DNA of 24,000 bases from NCBI GenBank assembly GCA_049324315.1, contig JBMOKU010000015.1:11964-35963 (forward strand), in the 5' to 3' direction. This DNA comes from Bacillota bacterium. GTDB lineage: Bacteria; Bacillota; Clostridia; Peptostreptococcales; Thermotaleaceae. The position numbers and the translations under genes are program-made. Position 1 is the first letter of the stretch. Each line of letters opens with the position of its first letter. The notes beneath the pieces were generated by a model. The model was given only the letters and a program-made list of their open reading frames with translations. It did not search any database and was not told where the DNA came from. Of this stretch, positions 1 to 6,872 are shown in pieces.

Positions 1-629
1 TTCCAAGTAAAATAGATATTTCACGAACACACTATTTTAGCGATAAGTCACAAGAATTTAGAAAAGCCGTAGACTATATGGGCGATCCCTTAGAATCTGA
101 AAGGATATATATTCATAATGCAGGTTCAGGTCACAAAGGGAAATTCTCATTTTTGACGAATATTGCAGATATGAATACTAGCAAAAAAGAACTTGTTTTT
201 GTAAATAATGACTCTACTAAAACCATTGCCTTGATTGGACCCGATGGTTCCAATAGTGATTTAATAGGGGATTCGGATGTGATTATATATAATCTGGATG
301 ATCTTGATCTTAATACAACCAACGATGAAACCATCAAAGGCATCATCATTACCAAAGGAGATGTTATCCTTAGAGGTAAGCTTAACTATTATGGAACAAT
401 TATAGCAGAGAAAGATATTAACTTTCAGGATAGTAAAACAAAACGTATTGTCCACGATGAGAACTTTATTTACAAGAAGGTATACGACACACAGAACTTA
501 CGCGACCAGTTCGTTAACAACGGCAGTCCCTTTACTTTCTTATACTCCACAGAGGCCAGAGTTGATGACATAGAGTCCTACATCGTCTATGAGGACCTTA
601 TGAAAATACGTTGGGATATCATTCAATAA
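1..629 (+). CDS. 3' portion of a larger ORF truncated by the left window edge; hypothetical protein, probably part of the pilus/pseudopilus cluster
   Basis: The ORF-track start (ATG 78) is probably not the true start. Translating the same frame upstream (codons at 3,6,...,75) gives PSKIDISRTHYFSDKSQEFRKAVDY with no stop, so the frame is open to the window edge. Stop is TAA 627-629. Strand-like repeats are present (GIIITKGDVILRGKLNYYGTIIAEKDINF). No family recognised. Confidence 0.55.
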   Translation, partial: PSKIDISRTHYFSDKSQEFRKAVDYMGDPLESERIYIHNAGSGHKGKFSFLTNIADMNTSKKELVFVNNDSTKTIALIGPDGSNSDLIGDSDVIIYNLDDLDLNTTNDETIKGIIITKGDVILRGKLNYYGTIIAEKDINFQDSKTKRIVHDENFIYKKVYDTQNLRDQFVNNGSPFTFLYSTEARVDDIESYIVYEDLMKIRWDIIQ

Positions 630-704
630 GTTAATCCTATATATTCAATCTTGACAGCTTTGTGAAGGCCGAAAGACAATGGTTAAACAAAGTGAGTGAG
701 CTAT

Positions 705-1169
705 ATGAAAGATCTTTTGAATGAAAATAAGGGATTTACCTTAATTGAGCTTGTGATCGTTATGGCAATAGTAGCGATATTGGCTGTGCTGGTAAAGCCG
801 ACCTTTGGAAAGTCCACATTTGATTTAAAAACACAGTCAATGACGCTTTGCTATGCAATACGAGATGTCCGATTGAGAAATATGACAGAGAGCAATTCAT
901 ATCATATTGTGTTAGAAGAAAATCAATATAGGGTATTAAAAGGTACACAACAAATTCGTAAAACAATTTTGCCCACTGGGTATATACTTGAGGACAATTG
1001 CCCAGATGACGATTCAAGCAGCACGGAAATTCGTTTTAGCAACAACGGAGCGCCAAGTGCATCTGGCACCATCAAGTTTAAAGATATCAATAGAGGCATA
1101 CATATGGAAATAAGAATTGTACCGTCAAGTGGGAGGGTGCTGCTTAGAGATGAGATATTTACGAAGTAA
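705..1169 (+). CDS. Type IV minor pilin / pseudopilin, GspH/FimT(FimU)-like, with prepilin N-terminal cleavage/methylation motif
   Basis: Class III signal MKDLLNENKG|FTLIELVIVMAIVAILAVLV (Gly-1, Phe+1, Glu+5, about 20-aa hydrophobic helix). The C-terminal part follows the GspH/FimT-type pattern (AIRDVRLRN..., EIRFSNNGAPSASGTIKF, MEIRIVPSSGRVLL). Start is ambiguous: ATG 705 (used) or the in-frame GTG 696 from the ORF track. Neither has a strong SD. Confidence 0.85.
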   Translation: MKDLLNENKGFTLIELVIVMAIVAILAVLVKPTFGKSTFDLKTQSMTLCYAIRDVRLRNMTESNSYHIVLEENQYRVLKGTQQIRKTILPTGYILEDNCPDDDSSSTEIRFSNNGAPSASGTIKFKDINRGIHMEIRIVPSSGRVLLRDEIFTK

Positions 1170-1710
1170 TAGAAAAGGCTTTACCCTTGTAGAATTAATC
1201 GTCGTTATAGGAATTATCGGAATCGTTGTCAGTACCATCGGAACATTTTTGGTCTCAAACGTCAAAACCTTTCATTATGCCGATGATCAGATGGAGGTTC
1301 AATACCAAGCTCAGATAGCCATGAACGAATTGGTGGACAGAGTTGTTGAGGCTGAGGGGATTGAGTCAATAGCCTATGTGGGGGCAACTTCAACCATAAA
1401 TGAAATTGTGTTTAGAATTTTTACCAACAAAAAATATATTAAATATGAATATGACCGCAGCAGTACCATAAGAAATCTAAAAAGGGGAGAAGTGGAAGGT
1501 GAAAGTGTACCTCAAATTGCTATTGATAATATTACTACAAACCAATATGCCATGTACGTGGAGAATTGTCAGATAACTTTTTTGCCATCATCAGCTTCTG
1601 GTCCAGCAGACGCGGCAGGCATTCAAATCACTATAACCACCAAAAAAAACAATGTGTCTGTAATGCTGACAAACGAAGTATACTTTCGGAATTGGGAGCC
1701 TTCCCCATAG
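1150..1710 (+). CDS. Type IV minor pilin / pseudopilin (PilW/GspJ-like by pattern) with prepilin N-terminal motif
   Basis: MRYLRSNRKG|FTLVELIVVIGIIGIVVSTIG (Gly-1, Phe+1, Glu+5). The segment after the helix (QMEVQYQAQIAMNELVDRVVEAEG) resembles PilW/GspJ-type minor pilins. ATG 1150 gives a 10-aa basic leader, the same length as the upstream pilin. The ORF-track start 1117 is a TTG that adds 11 atypical residues. GGGAGGG at 1131-1137 lies 12-13 nt upstream, which is long-ish spacing. The gene overlaps the upstream pilin gene by 20 nt. Confidence 0.8.
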   Translation: MRYLRSNRKGFTLVELIVVIGIIGIVVSTIGTFLVSNVKTFHYADDQMEVQYQAQIAMNELVDRVVEAEGIESIAYVGATSTINEIVFRIFTNKKYIKYEYDRSSTIRNLKRGEVEGESVPQIAIDNITTNQYAMYVENCQITFLPSSASGPADAAGIQITITTKKNNVSVMLTNEVYFRNWEPSP

Positions 1711-1796
1711 AACGAGGTGTGCGTCAGCTTTGAAAATAAAAATGTAGGAGAAGCTTTTTTATCTATATTGAGAAGAGTTTAAAAAGGAGGGATAAG

Positions 1797-4700
1797 ATGA
1801 AAAAGGTATTAAGCTGGGTCATGATTTTTATGATGGTAATAGCTGCAGTACCTCATGTTGGCTTTGCTGGTAATGGCAATAATAGTAACAATGCACCGCC
1901 TGAAGAAATTCAAGAATTACACAATATCAAATATACTATCAAAGATTCCAACGGAAATAATATTAATGGCGTAACCGCAAAGTTTTACATTTATAAAGAA
2001 ACAGGTAATGTGGATATTGAATTTGTACTAGAAAATACAACCAGCAGCGATATAAGTGACTGGGTCTTACAGTGTACGTTACCAGGTTTGTATCGGAACG
2101 GTGATGGGAATATACCAATCATTTACAATGGTCATACAGGAAATACTCCTGGTAAAAACGTTGTAGGAGAATACTTGGGCAGCTTTCAATCAACGTTTGA
2201 ACCTAAGAGAAACAAAAATGCCACCCTTTATGCAAAGAATACTTTTACTTTTATTGGTCAGTATAATGGGGAAATGAATCAAACAATTCAATTGGATGAT
2301 GTCATTACCAATGCTGTCCGAAGTGCCAACGCCCAATACAACCTAGGAGATTTCGGAACGATTGAATATCGCGTTAGTGGTAACGCTGTGAATCTACCAT
2401 CGGAGATTATCGGACAAACGCCAAAGGAGATTGTTCTGGTAATTGATACATCTGGAAGTATGGATTGGGATATTAACGGAAATGAAACGTCAAATAATAA
2501 TAATAAAAGAATTACCTATATGAAAACTGCTGCAAAGAACTTTGTTGATCGATTTGAAAATCAAGCAAATGTAAAAATAGGTATTGTGTCCTATGATTAT
2601 GAAGCAACCCTTGAATCAGAGTTGAAATCGACAACATCATATTCTAATTCTTTGAAGTCAACTATAGATAGTTTAAGTGCTAATGGAGGCACAAATACTG
2701 GTGACGGATTAAGAATGGCTTATTGGTTATTAAAGAATTCTCCAAATCTTGATGCACAAAAGTATATTGTGTCATTGACAGATGGTGATCCTACTTTTAG
2801 AACAATTGTAGATAAAAATAATATACTTAATGATTATTATAGCTGGTTTAGATACTACTCAAATTATGATGATTACTGGCCATATACAAGTGAAAATTTT
2901 AAGTCCCACACTTCAAATTCAAGTAGTAATATTTTTATAGCAGGTACTAGTAATCCTATAGATCGGTTAAAAGTGTTTACAAAGAATAATAGAGAAAATG
3001 TATTTCAAAAGGGACATAATCAATGGAATGAAGAAAATGAAAGATGTTTACAGTATGCTGAAGAAATTGGAGAAATGATTAAGGATGAAGGGAATTTTAG
3101 CTCCTATGTCATTGGTTTTTCAAATGGTGTAAGTAGTGATAATCTTCAGAGAATGGGATTGGCCAGTGGTGCCGATGAGATCGCACCGGGAAGAAACTAC
3201 GCCTATGCAAATACGGGTAATGATCTTGGTGCCATTTATGCAGCCTTTGCTGACGAAATAATCAATCAGGTGCCATTGGAAAATGCTCAGTTTAGTGAAC
3301 TATTGCCTGAAGGTATCGATGTCGATACAGCAAATATTCCACAGGGTTTCAGTGCAGTTAAGGAAAACGGAAGATGGCATGTGATCGGTACATGGGACGA
3401 TTTAGTATTAACACGTCAAGATAACGGAACCTATCAAATAGAAGAATCCGTCAAGAGCTTACCGGTGATATTCAACAGAACGGGTGCCTTCAATTTTAGT
3501 AATCAATCGGCCTCTTTGGCATATAATGTAGATGGTTCGAACGATACAAAAACCGTGCTTTTCTCTGAATTAAACATAAATGTTGTGCTTACCGGTTCCT
3601 ATAATATCTTAGAGATAACAGACAGCGGAGAGTCAGATATTGCACCTTTTATCAGCCAAGGAAGTAACATAGAGCTTACTACCCTTAGTATGAAGAAATT
3701 TGTAGCATTAAGAGAAGCACTGGACGGAAAATATGATGTCATCTACATGGGAAGCGGAGAATATGATCCAACTTCTGTAATGGAATTTGACAGGAGCACA
3801 AAGGAAAAAAGGGCAGCCGCACATGCTACAAAAGGTATCATGAATGATATTACCAATCTGAAAGCCGATGAGATTATTCATGACTTCATTAATAAAGGAC
3901 AACCTGTAATTTTACATAATGATATTTTCAATCATAACGATAGCAACTTATATGCTAGGTTTAATCCGTTTAGATCATCTGGTCGTAATAATGTAAGGAT
4001 TGTAACCTCGGCCCAGGAGGCTTTTCCGGCGATAACGTCACTAGCAAGTACGCTCAATAGGCCTGAAATATCATTAACGAATAGTCCAATATCTTATGTA
4101 GAGAATAGCAGTCATGTTTATCATGCAGGTGATACGTTGCAGTATCAATTTACAATAGATAATCAAGAAGTGCTATCAGAAGACTTAACAGCTAATTTGT
4201 ATATTGACAGAAACTTCAACAAAAATTTTGAGTCGGATGAGCTTGTCGCTGCGAATAATGCTTCCAATGGTTCAGTCTCATATACGCTGCCGGGAGGCTA
4301 TTCTACGATTCATTATTGGATGTTAGAGGTCGTCGGCAACAACTCAGGTTTAAAAGATTATAAAACCGGTGTTTATCGTTTTAGAGACATCAAGACAGTC
4401 GTAAAGGTCCTTCAGGTAAGAAATAGTGGTACGAGCTTGAACAATACGAACCAGTTTAATCAAAACTATCTACACACGGATGATTATGATATCCAAATAG
4501 ATGTCGTAAACATGAATGAGTTTAATAAAGTAAATAGCGAATATGGATACAGTGTTTTGAACGGAAAATATGATATGGTTATCTTCGGATTCCAAGATTC
4601 TTACGGGGACGGAGGAATAAGCAATCAAGCCGTGGCTGAAGTTGAGCGATTTATACAGACAGGCCAAAGTACGATGTTAACCCATGACACACTGATAAAT

Positions 4701-6767
4701 ACCAACTCATCACCCAAATTTATAAACTATCTGATGGACGAAGCAGGACAGTTAAACGAACTTCACAATTTAGGCTTCAGTGCACCACAGGTAACGACGG
4801 AAACAGCAAAAGTAAATGAAGGCATTCTTACCCAATATCCTTTCATTCTCGATGATAATATTAGAATTAATCAAACCCATGATCAGTACTATACGCTTAA
4901 TCTAGAAGATGAAGATGTAATCGTATGGTATAATCTAAGAGGCGGAAACAGGGATATTGAAGATAGTTGGTACCACTATTATACCTACTCAAAAGGTAAT
5001 GTTACCTATTCAGGCACTGGACATACAAATACCAATTTCCCCGATGAAGAACAGAAATTGTTTGTCAATACCATGTATAGAGCATTCCTCAGTTCTAATC
5101 ACAACCCGGAGATCAATGTTATAAGTCCTAATGCTGCTACAGATAAGGTAGTCGTTTCCAATAAAACCATACGCGTTGAATATACAGTGGAGGATTATGA
5201 CCCGTTAGACAGTGAAATTGATACGGAAGTTTGGATTGAGGACCAAAAAGTTTATGAGCAAACAGTAGCAAATGGAACCACGATTAATAGATCATTTAAT
5301 GATTACAATATTGAGGGTAATACGGTTGACATCAGGATAATCGCCGTGGATACAAGGGATGCAAGGGCAGTAGAAGAGATCAGTTTACCGATTCATGGAG
5401 ATATCAGTCTAAATGCTGAAAGCAAGCTTGTTAAAAGAGGGGATACCGTTCAATTAACAGCCTCGATTACACCTGAGTTTGCAACGCATCAAGATATTAA
5501 CTGGACAAGCACTAATAATGATATTGTTTCTATTAGCGGAACTGGATCTGTTGTTAATCTACATGCCACAAATGTAGGAATTGTCGATATAACTGCTGCT
5601 ACTGCTGATGACGAGGCGGACTGTAATGTAATCGTTGGTGATGTCACCATACCTGATACAACCATCGAATATGGCAGTACAACCGACATTCTAGCCAGTA
5701 TTGACTTGCCTAATGGTATTAGCTATGATTCGATACAGTGGAGCAGTGACAACACAAGTGTTGTATCGGTAACAGGGAATGGTGAATCAGCTTCATTACA
5801 AGGAATTTCCATTGGCAAAGCAAATGTTACCATCACTGTAACTATAGACGGAGAAACTATTCGTGATCAGGCACTAATCACCGTTGCCGATAGGATAGGA
5901 CCATCGATAACGATTGATACACCGATTATGGGTGACAATATCATCGATAGCAGTGAAAAAAGCAATGTTACCATTAGCGGAACAACCGATGAAGGAGCGA
6001 CTGTTACGGTTGAAATCAGAGACGAAAACGGCAATTCGGTAACATCAGCACAAGTAACAGCTGATGATAGTGGCGATTATGTAGTTACGGGTATCGATAT
6101 CCGTACACTGGAAGACAGCTTACTTACAATTATTGCAACAGCTACAGATGACGCTGGAAATCAGTCTTCATTAGAGAAGGTCGCGAACATCATATCAAGT
6201 ATCAAAATTGTCAGAACCAATGGAGGCAGCTCTGTTTCTGTAGCACCCTTTGCAAACGGTAAGTACGGCGTAATGAATCAAGATGAAGTTATTCAAATTG
6301 TGGATACAGCCGGATCTAATACACAAAAGCTCTATAACGGAAAGGTTCTAGTCAAAATAGAAATTGGGCTGGAGCATGAAGTTGAAAAGCTTACAGTAAA
6401 TCTAACGGATACTTCTACCGATATTGCACCACAATTCACCTATAACTTTGTTGAATTGAAAAAGAAGGGCACCGCTGAAGACACTTACGATAACAGCTTC
6501 AACAGTGATAACACTAAGAGCGTTGCAATAGAAAATGGCAAGGATATCGTATTAAGCTCTACAGCTTCCAGATATCAACCGGGTATCTATTATGTTATCC
6601 TTTCTGTAAATGTAAATAACATTAAAGAGGCTGATATCAGCAATGCAACGTATGATTTGGAAATTGAAGATGTCATAGCTGAAATATCATCCAGTGAAGT
6701 ATATCATCATCCTCAAACGAATAATGCAATTCAAATCCAAATCGTTCAATTACCAAATATACTATAA
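1797..6767 (+). CDS. Giant (1,656 aa) secreted multidomain vWA-domain protein; putative pilus-associated adhesin
   Basis: Strong SD AAAAGGAGGGA (1781-1791) precedes ATG 1797. Sec-type signal peptide MKKVLSWVMIFMMVIAAVPHVGFA|GNG; it is not a prepilin leader. Domain order: unknown N-domain, vWA with MIDAS, two [ThuA-like + Ig-like] modules, two Big_2 domains, another Ig-like domain, and an unknown ~200-aa C-terminus. No LPXTG, C-terminal TM, SLH or wall-binding repeats seen (C-terminus ...IQIVQLPNIL). Confidence 0.9.
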   Translation: MKKVLSWVMIFMMVIAAVPHVGFAGNGNNSNNAPPEEIQELHNIKYTIKDSNGNNINGVTAKFYIYKETGNVDIEFVLENTTSSDISDWVLQCTLPGLYRNGDGNIPIIYNGHTGNTPGKNVVGEYLGSFQSTFEPKRNKNATLYAKNTFTFIGQYNGEMNQTIQLDDVITNAVRSANAQYNLGDFGTIEYRVSGNAVNLPSEIIGQTPKEIVLVIDTSGSMDWDINGNETSNNNNKRITYMKTAAKNFVDRFENQANVKIGIVSYDYEATLESELKSTTSYSNSLKSTIDSLSANGGTNTGDGLRMAYWLLKNSPNLDAQKYIVSLTDGDPTFRTIVDKNNILNDYYSWFRYYSNYDDYWPYTSENFKSHTSNSSSNIFIAGTSNPIDRLKVFTKNNRENVFQKGHNQWNEENERCLQYAEEIGEMIKDEGNFSSYVIGFSNGVSSDNLQRMGLASGADEIAPGRNYAYANTGNDLGAIYAAFADEIINQVPLENAQFSELLPEGIDVDTANIPQGFSAVKENGRWHVIGTWDDLVLTRQDNGTYQIEESVKSLPVIFNRTGAFNFSNQSASLAYNVDGSNDTKTVLFSELNINVVLTGSYNILEITDSGESDIAPFISQGSNIELTTLSMKKFVALREALDGKYDVIYMGSGEYDPTSVMEFDRSTKEKRAAAHATKGIMNDITNLKADEIIHDFINKGQPVILHNDIFNHNDSNLYARFNPFRSSGRNNVRIVTSAQEAFPAITSLASTLNRPEISLTNSPISYVENSSHVYHAGDTLQYQFTIDNQEVLSEDLTANLYIDRNFNKNFESDELVAANNASNGSVSYTLPGGYSTIHYWMLEVVGNNSGLKDYKTGVYRFRDIKTVVKVLQVRNSGTSLNNTNQFNQNYLHTDDYDIQIDVVNMNEFNKVNSEYGYSVLNGKYDMVIFGFQDSYGDGGISNQAVAEVERFIQTGQSTMLTHDTLINTNSSPKFINYLMDEAGQLNELHNLGFSAPQVTTETAKVNEGILTQYPFILDDNIRINQTHDQYYTLNLEDEDVIVWYNLRGGNRDIEDSWYHYYTYSKGNVTYSGTGHTNTNFPDEEQKLFVNTMYRAFLSSNHNPEINVISPNAATDKVVVSNKTIRVEYTVEDYDPLDSEIDTEVWIEDQKVYEQTVANGTTINRSFNDYNIEGNTVDIRIIAVDTRDARAVEEISLPIHGDISLNAESKLVKRGDTVQLTASITPEFATHQDINWTSTNNDIVSISGTGSVVNLHATNVGIVDITAATADDEADCNVIVGDVTIPDTTIEYGSTTDILASIDLPNGISYDSIQWSSDNTSVVSVTGNGESASLQGISIGKANVTITVTIDGETIRDQALITVADRIGPSITIDTPIMGDNIIDSSEKSNVTISGTTDEGATVTVEIRDENGNSVTSAQVTADDSGDYVVTGIDIRTLEDSLLTIIATATDDAGNQSSLEKVANIISSIKIVRTNGGSSVSVAPFANGKYGVMNQDEVIQIVDTAGSNTQKLYNGKVLVKIEIGLEHEVEKLTVNLTDTSTDIAPQFTYNFVELKKKGTAEDTYDNSFNSDNTKSVAIENGKDIVLSSTASRYQPGIYYVILSVNVNNIKEADISNATYDLEIEDVIAEISSSEVYHHPQTNNAIQIQIVQLPNIL
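2424..3266 (+). other. von Willebrand factor A (vWA) domain with complete MIDAS, inside the giant CDS (aa ~210-490)
   Basis: IVLVIDTSGSMD contains DxSxS at nt 2445-2459. ANGGTNTGDGL supplies the MIDAS Thr (nt 2685-2708). YIVSLTDGDPT supplies the MIDAS Asp (nt 2778-2792). Later beta-strand SSYVIGFSNG and closing helix DLGAIYAAFADEII. An ~80-aa aromatic-rich insertion lies between the TDGDP strand and the following helix. Confidence 0.85.
3582..5396 (+). repeat. Internal protein-level tandem duplication: two [ThuA/GATase1-like + Ig-like beta-sandwich] supermodules (aa ~596-865 and ~867-1200)
   Basis: Paired motifs appear in the same order in both copies: ILEITDSG / VLQVRNSG; LDGKYDVIYMGSGEY / LNGKYDMVIFGFQDSY; FINKGQPVILHNDIF / FIQTGQSTMLTHDTL; NRPEISLTNSP / NHNPEINVISPN. 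Only the second copy carries the full C-terminal half (TQYPFILDD..INQTHDQYYTL, VIVWYNL, YTYSKGNVTYSGTGHT, EEQKLFVNTMYRAF). That motif order mirrors ThuA-like domains. The fold assignment is inference. Confidence 0.55.
5403..5885 (+). other. Two tandem bacterial Ig-like group 2 (Big_2) domains inside the giant CDS
   Basis: First: LVKRGDTVQLTASITPEFATHQDINWTSTNNDIVSISGTGSVVNLHATNVGIVDITAAT. Second: IEYGSTTDILASIDLPNGISYDSIQWSSDNTSVVSVTGNGESASLQGISIGKANVTITVT. Both show the classic Big_2 signature (G.t.qL.a...P......v.W.SSn..vatV...G.vta...G.a.Ita). A further Ig-like domain follows at ~5895-6176 (GPSITIDTP...VTISGTTDEGATVTVEI...ATATDDAGN). Confidence 0.8.
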
Positions 6768-6772
6768 ATGTA

Positions 6773-6812
6773 AGACAAAGAAATGGAAAAATCCATTTCT
6801 TTGTCTCTTTTG
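6773..6812 (+). terminator. Rho-independent terminator after the giant adhesin gene
   Basis: Perfect 15-bp stem AGACAAAGAAATGGA (6773-6787) / TCCATTTCTTTGTCT (6792-6806). Loop is AAAA. Tail is CTTTTG. Confidence 0.8.
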
Positions 6813-6838
6813 AAGGATTTTTTAACTATTTGTATAAT
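6810..6838 (+). promoter_or_regulatory. Candidate sigma-A type promoter for the ComFB-family gene
   Basis: -35 TTGAAG (6810-6815), 17-nt spacer, consensus -10 TATAAT (6833-6838). It lies directly after the terminator and ~25 nt upstream of the comFB SD. Confidence 0.4.
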
Positions 6839-6872
6839 ATTTCTATTATTAAGTTTAGAACGGAGGTTGTAT

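Noticed and set aside
651-680. Perfect -35 hexamer TTGACA (651-656) upstream of the first pilin gene
   Set aside because: The best -10 is only GACAAT, at an 18-nt spacing (4/6 match, lacking the key first T). That is too weak to call a promoter. The pilin genes may be co-transcribed with the upstream ORF.
1642-1649. A8 homopolymer in the second pilin gene and the (AAT)4 run at ~2494-2505 in the vWA region, considered as possible phase-variation tracts
   Set aside because: The tracts are short and are expected by chance in a genome this AT-rich. The A8 lies near the 3' end, where a frameshift would barely change the product.
6747-6764. C-terminal ...VQLPNIL of the giant protein considered as a sortase signal
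   Set aside because: It is not LPXTG. No hydrophobic segment or positively charged tail follows, because the protein ends 3 residues later.
6783-6872. N-terminal 30-aa hydrophobic extension of the ComFB ORF (ORF-track start 6783, MEKSISLSLLKDFLTICIIFLLLSLERRLY)
   Set aside because: The ATG lies inside the 15-bp terminator stem, and the extension spans the predicted promoter. A GGAGG SD sits just before the internal ATG 6873. The ComFB family begins at MLKNYMED.
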